A stretch of 64,000 bases of DNA, from the NCBI GenBank assembly GCA_965262725.1, contig OZ253555.1:1952001-2016000 (forward strand), given 5' to 3'. The position numbers and the translations under genes are program-made. Below are positions 40,166-52,319 of this stretch, one piece after another. Each line of letters starts with the position of its first letter. Position 1 is the first letter of the stretch. The stretch comes from Dehalococcoidia bacterium. GTDB taxonomy: Bacteria > Chloroflexota > Dehalococcoidia > UBA2979. The notes below the pieces were generated by a model. The model worked only from the letters and a program-made list of their open reading frames with translations, was not told where the DNA came from and did no database searches.

Positions 40166-40305
40166 TCCATTTCGACGGGTGGGAATGATGCTCTGAATTG
40201 GCCCCACCTGGAGCCGTTTTGATCCTTTGAATTGGCCCCACCCCCGACCCATCCAGGACCTACGCTCGGGTGACTGCATGACTCCCGGAGCGAGGGAAGA
40301 GGAGT

Positions 40306-41940
40306 GTGTCGAGAGTGGAGCTGTTCGAGTCTATCCGACGGATGGCGAGGGAGGAGGAGCTGTCGATCCATGAGCTGGGACGCCGGCATGGCGTGCACCG
40401 GCGCACGGTGCGGCAGGCTCTTGGGTCGGCGATACCCCCGGAACGCAAGCAGGCGACCCGCGTGGCCCCGAAGCTCGGGCCGTACGTCTCGGTCATCCGG
40501 GGCTGGCTCGTGGACGACCTCAGCGCGCCGCGCAAGCAGCGGCACACGGCCCGGCGCATCTGGGAGCGCCTCGTCGACGAACACGGGGCGACGGTGGCCG
40601 AGCCCACGGTCCGCGCCTGCGTCGCGCGCCTGCGTCGCGAGATCCAGGGCGGGCGCGCGGTTGTGACGATCCCGCAGGTCCATCCTCCCGGCGAGGAGGC
40701 GGAGGTCGACTTCGGCACGGTGACGGTGTGGCTGGAGGGCGTCGAGACCCGGCTGGCGATGTTCGTGATGCGGCTCTCGCATTCGGGGCGGGCGGCGCAC
40801 GTCTGCTTCGTCGGCGAGGGCCAGGAGTCTCTGCTCGAGGGGCACGTGGTCGCCTTCGAGCGGCTCGGCGGAGTGCCGCGGCGCATCCGCTACGACAATC
40901 TGACGGCGGCCGTCACCACCGTGCTGCAGGGACGCGAGCGCCTGCAGACCGAGCGCTTCATCGCGCTCCGCTCGCATTACGGCTTCGACAGCTTCTTCTG
41001 TGAGCCCGGCATCGAGGGCGCGCACGAGAAGGGCGGTGTGGAGGGCGAGGTCGGCCGCTTCCGCCGGCGGCACTTCGTGCCGGTCCCGAAGGTGGCGACC
41101 CTCGGCGAGCTGAACGAACGAGTGCGGGAGGCGGACCGCACCGACGACGCCCGGCACATCGAGAGCCGCCTCGCCACCGTCGGCGAGATGGGAGAGAACG
41201 AGAAGGCCTCGCTGCGTCCGCTTCCGGCGGAGCGCTTCGACCCGTCAATCCCGCTGCGCGCGAAGGTCGACCGCAAGGCGCGCATCGCCGTGCGTAGCTC
41301 CCGCTACTCGGTCCCGGCGGCCTATGCAGGCCGGAAGCTGGACGTGCGGCTGTCCGGGAACAGCCTGACCGTGTGGGCCGAGGGGCGTGAAGTCGCCCAC
41401 CACGAGCGCAGCGCCCGCACCGGAGCAGAGGTCCTGCTGCTCGACCACTATCTGGAGGTGCTCGCGCGCAAGCCCGGGGCGGTCCCGGGCTCGGTGGCGC
41501 TCCAGCAGGCGCGTGCGAAGGGACACGTCACAGCCGAGCATCAGCGCTTCTGGGACCGCGCCCGCCGCAAGCTCGGCGACCGCGCGGGCACGCAGGCGTA
41601 CATCGAGGTCCTGCTCCTGCATCGCCATCTTCCCTTCACGGCGGTGCACGCCGCGCTCGGGACGGTCAACAGGATCCAGTCGGTGAACCCCGAACTGGTC
41701 GCCATCGAGGCGCGCCGTCTCGCCGACCGCAGGCCACCAGACGCCGCCGTCGAGAGACCGCACCTGGAGCGCTACGACCGACCTGCCCCGCTCCTCGATG
41801 GCTACGATGCGCTGCTCTCGGGTGATTCCCGATGGCCCGGCACGTCGCCGGGCGGGCGCTCCCGCGCTCCGCGGTCTGCCGAGAACGCGTCGCACACCAC
41901 CACAACCGCCGTCACCGCTGCGGTGTCGACGGCACGCTGA
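40306..41940 (+). CDS. istA: IS21 transposase IstA
   Basis: KQRHTARRI, AEVDFG, IRYDN, EKGGVEGEVG. Confidence 0.95.
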   Translation: MSRVELFESIRRMAREEELSIHELGRRHGVHRRTVRQALGSAIPPERKQATRVAPKLGPYVSVIRGWLVDDLSAPRKQRHTARRIWERLVDEHGATVAEPTVRACVARLRREIQGGRAVVTIPQVHPPGEEAEVDFGTVTVWLEGVETRLAMFVMRLSHSGRAAHVCFVGEGQESLLEGHVVAFERLGGVPRRIRYDNLTAAVTTVLQGRERLQTERFIALRSHYGFDSFFCEPGIEGAHEKGGVEGEVGRFRRRHFVPVPKVATLGELNERVREADRTDDARHIESRLATVGEMGENEKASLRPLPAERFDPSIPLRAKVDRKARIAVRSSRYSVPAAYAGRKLDVRLSGNSLTVWAEGREVAHHERSARTGAEVLLLDHYLEVLARKPGAVPGSVALQQARAKGHVTAEHQRFWDRARRKLGDRAGTQAYIEVLLLHRHLPFTAVHAALGTVNRIQSVNPELVAIEARRLADRRPPDAAVERPHLERYDRPAPLLDGYDALLSGDSRWPGTSPGGRSRAPRSAENASHTTTTAVTAAVSTAR

Positions 41941-41956
41941 CCACAGGAGGCACCCG

Positions 41957-42739
41957 ATGACAGCACCCCTCACCGACCAGGCCGCGGAGCTGACAATCGA
42001 GGCGATCTGCCGCGAGCTCCGTCTCCCCACCGTCAGGAAGCAGGCGCTCCCGCTCGCCGAAGCCGCGGTCCGAGACCGGATCACCCATCTGGGCTATCTC
42101 GCCGAAGTGCTGGGAGCCGAACGCGATGACCGTGAGGAGCGGCGCCGTCAGCGCCGTATCGTCGAGGCGCGGTTCCCGCGTTTCAAGTACCTCGCCGACT
42201 TCGACCTCGAGGCGGCGCCGACAGTCGACGCGCCGGCGCTCGCCACGCTGGAGCGCTGCGACTGGGTCGAAAGGGGCGAGCCCGTCGTCCTGCTCGGTGA
42301 CAGCGGCACCGGGAAGTCACACCTGCTCATCGGCCTCGGCATGGCCGCCTGCCACCTGGGGCTGCGCGTGCGGTACATGACCACGGCCGCCCTGGTGAAT
42401 GAACTGGCCGAAGCGTCGGATGATCGCGCGCTCTCACGCCTCGTCGCCCGCTACGGCCGCCTCGACCTGCTCTGCCTGGATGAGTTCGGGTACGTCCACC
42501 TCGACCCGCGCGGTGCCGAAATGCTGTTCCAGATCCTGACCGAGCGCGAGGAACGGGCATCGGTCGCCGTCGCCTCCAACTCCCCGTTCTCCGAGTGGGG
42601 CCGCATCTTCACCGACCCTCGTCTCGCCGCGGCCGTCGTTGACCGCCTCACCTACCGTGCCCATATCATCGAGACCGGCACCGAGTCCTACCGGCTCCGG
42701 GCCTCGACCTCCCCGAGAGGAGGTGCCCCAACGACCTGA
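41957..42739 (+). CDS. istB: IS21 helper ATPase IstB
   Basis: GDSGTGKSH, LCLDEFGY, AVVDRL, GTESYR. Confidence 0.95.
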   Translation: MTAPLTDQAAELTIEAICRELRLPTVRKQALPLAEAAVRDRITHLGYLAEVLGAERDDREERRRQRRIVEARFPRFKYLADFDLEAAPTVDAPALATLERCDWVERGEPVVLLGDSGTGKSHLLIGLGMAACHLGLRVRYMTTAALVNELAEASDDRALSRLVARYGRLDLLCLDEFGYVHLDPRGAEMLFQILTEREERASVAVASNSPFSEWGRIFTDPRLAAAVVDRLTYRAHIIETGTESYRLRASTSPRGGAPTT

Positions 42740-42974
42740 TCCCGGTCCCCGGGGGTGGGGCCAGATCAGAGGATCAAAGTGGGGCCAGATGTAAGCATCA
42801 TTCCCACCGACGGGGGCCGCTTCCTTGGCCCGTACTCCTCATGAAGGTACGAAAGTGGCGTGGCTGTGCTCGCGGGACCGGCGAAGCGGGCTGGCGGCAA
42901 AGTGCACAGGCGCGGTTTGGGCGTACGCTCGTGGCGCGGGAGATCGCCCGCCGCGTTTACCTGCGTAAGGGCTC

Positions 42975-44521
42975 CCTAGAACCGTGCGGCCCAGGGCAGC
43001 GTGTTCCCATCCATAGGTGAGAACGACCGAGCGCTCAGCCTCGCCCGTCCACAGAGCACCTCTGCGCGCTTGTGGTGGGAGCCCCGGAAGGATCTCAACA
43101 GCTGCACGCCGCATCCAAGGAAGCCTCTGTGACCACGGCGCAACGCGTACCGACAATGACTCGGTTCCGAGATCTTCAACCAATCCGTGCCGAGCCGCCT
43201 CGCTCCCTACCCTCACAACGACTTCGTCAAGGGCAACTCCGTCACGGCGCAGTCGATCCAGGGCAACATGCAGTGCGTCGGCCTTGGGATTCGCATCAGA
43301 AATCAGGGCGTGCAGCTGTAGCCCGCTTTCACGAAGTGCTGGCCAGGTGGTCTCCCGGAAGGTGTGCCACGGCCCCGCAAAGAGTGAGTGGCTGTTCGCC
43401 TCGAGCGTGTTGCGCAGGCTACGCAAGGACCTCGTACGGTGATCGAGCGCAGCTGATCGGTCGTATGCCTCAACAGAACCAACGAGCTGGGCCAGGATGC
43501 TGACCATCCGCCGAGCAGCTACAAACGGGTAGGGAGCAGGAGCGAGTACATCATTACCTGCTCGGAGTAGCACAAACGCCCGCCGGAAGAGTTGCTCGAG
43601 ATCCGGTGCCGAGATTCTCACGACGGAGGGCTGCGCATCGGATCGTGTGAGTAAGGCGTTCGTCGACAAGACCGAGGCGCTGCTCTCTACGCCTACGACT
43701 CTCATGAGATCGGCGATGACCTCGGACGTTGCGCAGAATTGTCTGAAGTGTGCAGACCGGGACTGAACAAGCGACACTGTGTCCTCATCGCCGAGGTCAG
43801 AGATGACAATGACTCTTTCGACGCGGTGCGCTCGGACCCAGTCCAGTGCACGGGCGAGGAGCTCAGAGCCTCCAAGCGTGGTCCGGTCGACAATTGCCAC
43901 CCCACCTGACTCGCCTCTCAACGAGGGCCAACCGACTCGTGTATTGAGGTAGAGCAGGCTACCTCGGCGAAAATCCACAATCCGCCCGTCAGGACTCACA
44001 ATTCTCCCGTCGCTGCGCACTCGGCGGACGCCCAGTCCCTCCGCGAGGTTGACTCCCTCCACCGTCATGCTGGAGAGCCTCCGCTGCATAGCAGTGTCCA
44101 TTGCTATGACGACGGTGGAACCTTGAGAGGCGGCCGGTGTACCAGTCTCAAAGGCGCGGCTGTAGAGCCGAGCGAGATGTGCTACTAGTCCCATCGCGAT
44201 CGCGAATTCACTTCGCCCGCGGGGGAGTTGAATGACAAGCGCCTGTAGGCCCGCGGGGCTCGCAGTGTGGCGAAGCAGACGAAGAATGAGCGCTACGAGC
44301 GCCTGGTCGAGTGCCCCTAGTTGAAACCTGGCACGACCATCTCGCAGATGTAGTTCCTCGATCGCATCAAAGAGACGATCGTCGCCTTTCCCGAAGGGTA
44401 TTAGCCGGTCGACCCAGTCATCACTGCGGTTCTCCATGACGGTAGGAGGCGCAGTGGAGCATCTCTGGGGCACCGAGTCTGACGGGTTGCTCACTCCCGA
44501 GGCTCCAGGCTGTGCATCCAC
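42975..44521 (-). pseudogene. lower-GC hypothetical protein, apparently truncated at a CTAG junction
   Basis: Long ORF 42839..44521; composition changes at ~42975. Confidence 0.5.
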
Positions 44522-44889
44522 CGGAAGAACGCACCGTACCTGCGGGTCCGAGCTGACGTGAGAGTACTCACATGCCCGCGCTCCGCGTTGCGTGAGCCGC
44601 GACCCACCCCCTGCAGAGACTCGCGGTACCGTCTCCGTTGGAGAAGCCAGCTCGCAACCATCTTGCGCTGCTTACTACCCAGCACGCTGATCTCAGGCTC
44701 TTCGCCGGGTCTCACATGTGACGAGAGAGCCCATGACGATCCGTCAATTGGGAGATCCGCCTCTTTCGGTTGGTTCTTCTCAAGCAGACGCAATATACAG
44801 CTCGACCCTGAGGCTCACCCGTCAGCGGGGGCTGCTGCTGGCTCTCGGCAAGCGGAGTGTTGTGCTGGTGGCGACCCCTATTGGCACCT

Positions 44890-45370
44890 GTCGGCCGGTG
44901 GTGGGTACGGCGTGCCGATCACGATCGTGAACTTCGAGGTGTTCGATCCGGTGGACGGCTCCCAGTTGCTGATGTGCGAGGTCACCGAGGACGAGGCCCG
45001 GCCGCCGCGCCGGGAGGGGACGCGCCACAGCGTCGAGGCGATCCGGCACCGCGCCCGGGAGGAAGGCGTCGGCGTGCCGTTCGACCGCTTCCTCGACATG
45101 GCGAAGGAGGCCGGGCTCGTGGTTCGGCCGTACTCGCGAGCCGTCATGATCGCGCCTCCCGCGAATCGCAGCCGCTTCCTGATGTACGCGCGACCCGATT
45201 CCGGCCGCATCGTCCTGAGCGCGGGGCCGGCTCAGGAAGCGACCGCCGCGATTGGTCCGTATGAGCGCGGAGGCGCTCCGCATTTGGCCGGTGCCGAGCT
45301 GTAGGCGCGCCTCGACCAGCTCGAGGCATTCCTGCGGTCGTTGCCCCGAGCGGAGGACGAGGCCGGGTAG
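44890..45370 (+). pseudogene. C-terminal fragment of a NucS-like endonuclease-associated protein
   Basis: GYGVPITIVNFEVF resembles GVPVNVATVQHF of 60967..62010. Confidence 0.4.
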
Positions 45371-46204
45371 CGGGGCCCGCTCGCCGTCGGCTGGCGGCGG
45401 GTGCGGTCTTCCAGGAGGCGACCTTGACCGTCGCCAGGCGGATGTGCCTTTCGTCGCTCGCCCTGGGCCGGGAACGGGAGCGGACGGCTCGGCGGGCGCT
45501 CCCCTGCAGCCGGTCGACGACTCTGGCGGGTAGCCCTGTCGCATGCCGAGTTGAGTCAGGCCTTGGTTCTCGCTACCGGACGCGTGCCCTCGAGATGGCT
45601 CTGAGGAACGAGGGAAACGACGCCTTGCTCGGCGTGGAGCGTGAATCGAGGTCCGTGGCTCCCTACATCCATCTACGTTTGCACGGGAACGGCGGTTGGT
45701 AGTAGGATCCCCTGCACAAACGGTCGCGCCGCTGGGGCACTACGTCCGTGTACGCGACCGTCCTGCGCGGGGCTGGTCGCACACGATCGGGAGCCCTCAC
45801 ACCACGAGGTCATCGAAGACGCTCCGCTCACTCGAGATAGGAAGCGATCCGGCAGCCCCCGCCCGATACGAGCCCCTAGGACCATCGTCCTTGGGTGGGG
45901 ATTCCCCGCGCTCCGCGATCCACTCCCAACGCATTGAGAGGATCCGTGCGGCGGTGCTCGATGCGTGGTTGTCGCCGGGGAACTCACGCCGAAGTGCTTC
46001 GGCGAATTGCTCGAGCGGGTCGCTGAAGTACTCCGGATCCTCATTGCCGTCGTAGTGGCTCAGGAATCCGTTCACCGCGCCGGACGGATCCGCCATGACC
46101 TCCGATCGCAGGCGGTCCCGCAGGATGGCCTCATCTCCTTCGCTGAGCAGGGAGCGGAGACCGTCCGACCAAAGCACCGCTGCGTCGGTGCCGTCTAGGC
46201 AATA

Positions 46205-47532
46205 GGGCACCTCGAAGAACTCGCGATTGTTGATGAAGGTATCGGTGAGGGCACGAGGGGGCAGAGGGCGTAGCTGAGGAGACCCCAGGGGGTGTGGGTG
46301 AGTCCGCGAGAGCATAGGTGAAGCGGGATAATTGACAGTTAAACGGGACTGTCAAAGCACCGAACTAGAGGCTGGTGTGAGGTCTGTGGACGGGTGGCGG
46401 CAAGCTAGGCCGCGGCAGCCGTACGGCGGTGTTCGAGGTGCGCCAGACGGCGAATATTGTACGCCAGGTTCTTGAAGCCGATCTGCGTCACTGCCCGCCG
46501 CACGCCGATCGTACGGATGTGCGTGCCGCCCATCTCGTTCGTCTGCGAGCCGAAGATGTGCTCAACCCGGGCCCGTACTTGCGACCATCCCCGGTTGACC
46601 GCCTCCTCAGCCGCCGTCAACGGCCGGTTGGCAGCGGCCTTCCGATGGATGCGGCTCGTCAGACCTTTCTCCGTGAGCATTGCCTCAATCGCCCGCGACC
46701 GATAGGCACGGTCTGCCCACACATCGGGTGACGTGTTCGGAGAGTCGAGCAGCTGGTCGATCACCTGGCTGTCATGGACCGCGGCATCGGTGACGGCGTA
46801 GGAACGCACCAGCTTGTGGCGCCGATCGATGGTGATGTGGTTCTTGTAGCCGTAGTGACTCTTCCCGTGCTTCTTCGTCCAGCGGGCGTCGAGGTCTTTC
46901 TGGGCCAGCTTCGCCGGATTGAAGACCCACTCCGAGGGAATGAGGTCCTGCTTGAGCGACTCGTTCTCCCGGCGGCTGTTGCGCTGGATCGGCACCGAGA
47001 CGATCGAGGCGTCGACGATCTGTCCGCCACTGGCGCGGTAGCCCTGGCTGGCGAGATAGTGGTCGAAGGCCTGGAACAACTCGGCGATGGCGCCCGCCCT
47101 GGTCAACTGCTCGCGGTAGAGCCAGAAGGTGGTGGCGTCGGGCACCCGGCCTTCGATGCCTGTGCCGCAGAAGCGGGAGAAGGAGAGACGGTCGCGGATC
47201 TGATACTCAATCTGTTCATCGGAGAGGTTGTAGAGTACGCCGAGTATCAATCCCTTGAAGATGACGATTGCGTCCCATGGCTTGCGTCCGGCCGGTGATT
47301 TACGCTCTTCTTCGGGCGTGGCCCAGACGGCTTCTAACTGAGGTCTGAACTGCTCCCACGGGATGATTTGGTCGAGCTTGGCGAGTGGGTCGCCCTTGGC
47401 GTCGAGAGCGTCGTAGCGGTCGTCCACATTGAAGAATCCAAGTTGGCCCATATCATCCCCCGTAACCATGACACTGATGGCTACAGTATATCATTCACCA
47501 TGCCGACGATATAGTCATTCTTCGAAGTGCCC
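46205..47532 (-). mobile_element. IS5 family element, copy 2
   Basis: Identical to 21640-22967; AATA duplicated at 46201-46204 and 47533-47536. Confidence 0.93.
46405..47469 (-). CDS. IS5 family transposase
   Basis: Identical protein to 21703..22767. Confidence 0.95.
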   Translation of the reverse strand: MVTGDDMGQLGFFNVDDRYDALDAKGDPLAKLDQIIPWEQFRPQLEAVWATPEEERKSPAGRKPWDAIVIFKGLILGVLYNLSDEQIEYQIRDRLSFSRFCGTGIEGRVPDATTFWLYREQLTRAGAIAELFQAFDHYLASQGYRASGGQIVDASIVSVPIQRNSRRENESLKQDLIPSEWVFNPAKLAQKDLDARWTKKHGKSHYGYKNHITIDRRHKLVRSYAVTDAAVHDSQVIDQLLDSPNTSPDVWADRAYRSRAIEAMLTEKGLTSRIHRKAAANRPLTAAEEAVNRGWSQVRARVEHIFGSQTNEMGGTHIRTIGVRRAVTQIGFKNLAYNIRRLAHLEHRRTAAAA

Positions 47533-49487
47533 AATAGTCAATCAGATGCCGGGCGAACTCTGCTCGCACTACCTCCGGCAGTACTCCATTGCGCCGGAGA
47601 GTGACCACGAGGTTGTTCGCGGTATCGCCCTCCAACATAAGACCGGGCTCCGCAAGCGAGCGAAGAATGTCTGGGAATCGGTCGAAATACGCGATCTGGA
47701 AGCCCGGGACGCAGTGTCGGGCGATGTAGCTCTCCGTTCTCTCGAGATGCCGCCAAGCACTGCCGACGCTGTAGGGCTCGTTCAGGCGGTCCATGACCGT
47801 TGGCCACAGGTGTGGCGGGATCACAAGCGCATTCTCGATACCTACGTCGCCGCACGTCGTCTGATCGAGGAGCGTATCGATGCCGAGCCCGCCGAGCAGC
47901 AGGTGCAGCAACTCGGGATTGCGCAGGAGCTTGGCGTACGCATCTATCATCGTTGGATGCGCGAACGCCCACCCTAGACGCGAGTCGCGCGTGACCTCCG
48001 ACACGAGCGAACCGCTCATGGCTGCCAACGCTTGGGTCACGCCCCCAATAGAGGATCCGAGCCGCTCTATCAGTTCCGTTCCCGCATCGTCTGGCTCGAC
48101 CGGGCTCGGAATCCAGCCCCGACCGAGGAAAATGAGGCCGAGTGCCGCTCTGTTGTGTGCATCGAGGCCCTCGAAGATCGATTCGAGCATCTCCCGCGGT
48201 TCGTCGAGGAACCGTTGCAGCGCGGTCGGCGTGGGCTGGCGCAGGTGCTTTGTGAACATGGGCTCGGCTAGCCTGCGCGCCAGCTCCGGGGTGAAGCCCT
48301 GGTGCGATGCGAGAGCATCAAGGTGCGGGCGCAGCCGGAGCAGATACTCGCGGCTCTGTCGTCCATGCTTCAAGTGGTTGTAGAGAATCTGTTGGCGTTC
48401 CTGCACGTTCAGGTCGGCCACGTCGACGATCACCTGCGCTCCCTCGAGCAGGGGAAACGATCCGGGCTTCAGGTGTGGCCATGCCGACCTCAGCACGTAG
48501 TCGCGCGTGGTGAGCACGAACTTGCTGCCGCGATTGATCGCTGCGGTCACGCGTGGCGTCGCCCGCTGCCACGAGGAGGCGAGGTACGAGTTCAACTGCG
48601 TGGCGCCAAACGCGTCATCCAACCAGAAGAACTGGCGCTCGTCCGGATTCCAGCGATCCGCAAGCTCGGAGGCATCGTCGAGCGCCACGACGGTCGTGTC
48701 GAATCGATCGGCGGCAGCGAGCGCCAACTCGGCCGCGATCGTCGTCTTCCCGGTCATCGGTGCTCCGGATAGAAGAACAAACCCATGATGATCCAGGGCG
48801 TTGGCGGCGCGCTCGTAGGTCTCCGTTCGAACAAGCTTCGCCAGATCCATCCTCATGGTGTCCAGCACAGCCGCCGCTTGGCGGTAGGCCCGCTCGTCGA
48901 GAATCTGGGTGAGATCGCCGATCCCGTACAACCGGGGAACCAGCATGCGCAGCCGGCTGCTCTCCCTGATGGTGTGATTGAACCACGAGGCTCCTAGAAC
49001 CATCGTCTGCTGGACGCCGCGCGAGGCCAGCGCTTCCCGTATGGTCGATTCCGACCGTCCGGTCACCCGCGCGTTGGTCATCAGCACGTAGACATCGCAG
49101 CGGCCCTCGGCCACGAGGCGCTGCACCTTATGGAGCTCGTCCGCGATCAGTGACGGAGTGAGCGATTTCCCTGGCAGGGATGTGTGCTTGGCCTGGATGA
49201 CAAAGTTGCCTTGATACGACTCCTGCCCTCGGGGAGTCCAGGATCCGTAGAATGCGCCGTCGCGCCCAGCGTCGTCGGTCTCGACGAAGCCGACGACAGT
49301 CTGTCCGAGAAGCTCGCGTGCAACGGTATGGCAGAGGTTCTGGAAGTCATGCCAGCCGAGCAGGTGGAGGTCGAAGCTCGCCATCATGGATGGCACTCTC
49401 AGTTGAATCCGACGAGACTACGGTCGACCGATCGCGGCGCGGCCAGCTCCCACGTCAGCAACTCGTGAACTCCGTCGGCAATCGCTG

Positions 49488-50087
49488 TCAGAATTGGCGC
49501 CGCACCCGGCCCCAGAATTCGTGATCGATCTCGCGGCGGTCATCGGCGGCCTGCCAGAGTTCGCGGGAGTATGTGCTCATCTGATTGTCAGCCGCGACCG
49601 CGGGGCCATGAAAGAGCCACACCGACACGCCTTCCCGTTTCGCCAGTTCGACGGCGGGAACGAGGTCTCCATCCCCCGCGACCAATGCCGCGTGGGTGAT
49701 TTGTTGTTTGCCGCTCAGGAGCGCAATGTCCAATCCGAGGAGCAGGTCTACCTGCTTCTGACCGAAGATCGGACTCCCGTCGGATCGGGTTCCCTGGTGC
49801 TGCAGTCTTCCGAGTCGAACCTCGAAACGTGGAATGCTCGTAAGGGCGTTCTGGAAGCGTCGAAAACCCGAGTAGCGCTCGCGCTCGTCGTCTGTCGGCG
49901 GACTCGATTGATATGGCGGTGCCGAGTAGTAGAAGGCGCGTAGCAAGTCAACCGGCTCCGCGGTTGCTTCATCCACGGCCAAGGTGACCTGCCCTGCCAT
50001 CCTCCCGTAGTCCGCTCCGCCCTCGAACAGACGACGGGCCAGCGCGTCGACGTAACCGCCATCAATGAAGACCGCGAGCCTGGCCAA
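49488..50087 (-). CDS. NYN domain (PIN-like) protein
   Basis: VFIDGGY, QKQVDLLLGLD, LVAGDGDLVPA. Confidence 0.9.
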   Translation of the reverse strand: MARLAVFIDGGYVDALARRLFEGGADYGRMAGQVTLAVDEATAEPVDLLRAFYYSAPPYQSSPPTDDERERYSGFRRFQNALTSIPRFEVRLGRLQHQGTRSDGSPIFGQKQVDLLLGLDIALLSGKQQITHAALVAGDGDLVPAVELAKREGVSVWLFHGPAVAADNQMSTYSRELWQAADDRREIDHEFWGRVRRQF

Positions 50088-50446
50088 GACCGTGACCTCA
50101 GAGGGTGCCGAACACCCTTAGGGAGAGAGGGATACTGACCTGGCGTGCGGTCACCCGAACGCCAGGGGCGATACTGCCGATAGTGTCGACCGCTCTAGGG
50201 AGGGTGTCAAGTACTCAGAAGGAGCCCAAACTTCCCATCTGTGGCTGGCGAGGCGCTCGAGAGGCGGTCACGGAACGCTGATCGGCGTCGTGTCGCGGAT
50301 TGGCGGGGTCGCGAGGCCGCTCCGAGCGCCTCCCGAGCACCGGAAGCTGCGGCGCAGGGACTCCGACTCGCCGGCGCGGGCCCCATTTGACACCACCCGG
50401 GCATGCAGCGGCCGGGTCATACAACGAGAATCGCACTGAGCAGCGG

Positions 50447-51979
50447 CTATATCGGGGGCGGAGCGCGCAGCGCCAGCAGTCGCCGCTGCGCCCGGAAGAG
50501 ATGCGTCGTGCCCGGGTGGCCCTCCGGCAGGCGAAGCGTCAGCTTCCGCGCGTGCCGCACCAGGCGCCCCGGGATCTGCAGCAGGGCGAAACGCACGGCC
50601 TTCATCCGCTTGCTCACCCACCCCGTGTCCAGCAGCAACTGCTTGATCACCGACATCACGTTGAACGCCAGCATCGTCAGCGCCCACCACACCGCGTTCG
50701 CTCCGAACAGCCCCGACGGGAGCCTGCCGCCCGCCAGGTCCGTCTTCATCACGCCGTGGACCTCTTCGCCCTTCCCCGCCCGCGCCCGGTACCAGGCGAT
50801 GACCTCATCGCCCGCTGGCTCGTGGCGGTTCGTCACCACTCCCGAGAACCGGTAGACACGTCCCGCTCGGCCCCGCAGCAGCGGCATGCCCAGATTCAGT
50901 TGCTCCTCCATCCCCGGGAGCACCTGCTGCCGCAGCGGCTCCCGCGTCGCCACGAACCGGTAGTCCGGGGCGTTCGCGCTGTAGCCGGCCCAGTTCGGCA
51001 CGTAGACGACCTCGGCGTACTCCTCGATGACCGTCCCGTCGGAAGTGCGGGAAAGCGGCTTCCACTCGCTCTCCGGCATCGCCTCTACGGCCCGACGGAA
51101 CTCGGTCGTGCGGTCCACGCCCACTACGAACTCGATGACGCCGAATCGGGAGCGGCCCTCCGCCATATAGCGGAGCAGCTCCCGCTGGTACCCCGCCGTG
51201 TCCGAGCGCATCGACACTCGCTCCACGCCAGAAGGGAGCAGCTCCAGCGATTCCTCGAGCACGCGCAGCTGCTGGTGACCGGCGGGGACGTTGCCGTCGC
51301 GGTACTCGGAGAGCACGACCGTGTCCTGCTCCGCCCAGTACACGGTGTGCGGCTGGTACGCCTTCTCCTTCGTGTAGGCGTAGAGCGCTTCGCGCTTCTG
51401 GGTCACAATCAGCGTCGCGTCCATGTCGAGCGTCGCGGAGGACTGCGGCCGGTGCGTGTTCAGGAATGCGAGCAGGTCGGCGTTGACGCGCTCCAGACCG
51501 CGCACGGTCGGGGACGGCTCCGGGATGAAGGCGGGCGGTCCCGTGGTGCGCAGGCGCTCCTGCTCCTCGTCGTGCTGGCGGCGGATCCAGCGGGAGAGCG
51601 CCGAGCCCGAGGGCACGCTCCGTGTGCGCCGGCAGCGCCAGCGCTTCCGCACCGCCGTCCGGGCGAACAAGCGCCGCATGCGCCGATTCAGGCCCCGCCC
51701 CGAGACCTCGTCGATGGCGCGCGCGAGCCCGGGGTCGCCCTGCAGGTGGTCGATATCGGAGAGCGACTCTCCGCCGGCGATGTTGAGCAGGAGCACGGCC
51801 TCCACCATCTCCGACGCGGTCCAGCCCTGGGTGGAGTCATCGGGGACGAATCGTTCGACGGCGTCGAGAAGGCCGGCACGCTGAATGAACTGGAGCGGGA
51901 GCACGAGGCCGGAGCTGGCGGTAAGGGCGGTGGAGTTGGTGTCGGCGCCGAACTCGATCGGGAGCCGCTGACGTGTCAT
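50447..51979 (-). CDS. IS1380 family transposase (element ~50435-52221)
   Basis: LTASSGL, LDMDAT, YRDGN, RSDTAGY, Y.ARAGKGEE, LPSGLFGANAVW. Confidence 0.88.
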   Translation of the reverse strand: MTRQRLPIEFGADTNSTALTASSGLVLPLQFIQRAGLLDAVERFVPDDSTQGWTASEMVEAVLLLNIAGGESLSDIDHLQGDPGLARAIDEVSGRGLNRRMRRLFARTAVRKRWRCRRTRSVPSGSALSRWIRRQHDEEQERLRTTGPPAFIPEPSPTVRGLERVNADLLAFLNTHRPQSSATLDMDATLIVTQKREALYAYTKEKAYQPHTVYWAEQDTVVLSEYRDGNVPAGHQQLRVLEESLELLPSGVERVSMRSDTAGYQRELLRYMAEGRSRFGVIEFVVGVDRTTEFRRAVEAMPESEWKPLSRTSDGTVIEEYAEVVYVPNWAGYSANAPDYRFVATREPLRQQVLPGMEEQLNLGMPLLRGRAGRVYRFSGVVTNRHEPAGDEVIAWYRARAGKGEEVHGVMKTDLAGGRLPSGLFGANAVWWALTMLAFNVMSVIKQLLLDTGWVSKRMKAVRFALLQIPGRLVRHARKLTLRLPEGHPGTTHLFRAQRRLLALRAPPPI

Positions 51980-52319
51980 GCTGTCTGCACCTCGCTGGTG
52001 AGTTTTCTTTTCGTACAGACACTCTCCAGCCTTGAGCGATCAAGGCGCCAGCGAGGTACCTCTCTCTTCACCGCGCTCGCTGCGGCCTCACCGGGACTGT
52101 GAGACGCTCGGAAACGCCGATCTGGGGGCGTGATCGGCGTCAGAAATGCGGCTCTGGCGGCCGGATCGGCGCGGCCGACGGTACATCTGCGTCCCGGGTG
52201 GCCTCCACCGGGCCGCTCAGGCCCGACGCAGTACCGTCAGCTTCCCGGGCCTACGAATCTTGATGGGATATCTGGGCGGAGCTGAGCAACTCGCGAGTAG
52301 AGTGTGAGCGATGCGATCG

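Larger units (their letters stand above)
40179..42807 (+). mobile_element. IS21 family element
   Basis: TIRs GTGGGAATGATGCT/AGCATCATTCCCAC, internal GGCCCCAC repeats, 6-bp TSD CGACGG. Confidence 0.92.
45797..49396 (-). pseudogene. restriction-endonuclease + STAND (nSTAND3-like) NTPase, split by IS5
   Basis: DAGRDG..VIQAKH, GAPMTGKT, FWLDDAFG, VLTTR; frame rejoins as HLIDY|CLDGT across the TSD. Confidence 0.8.
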
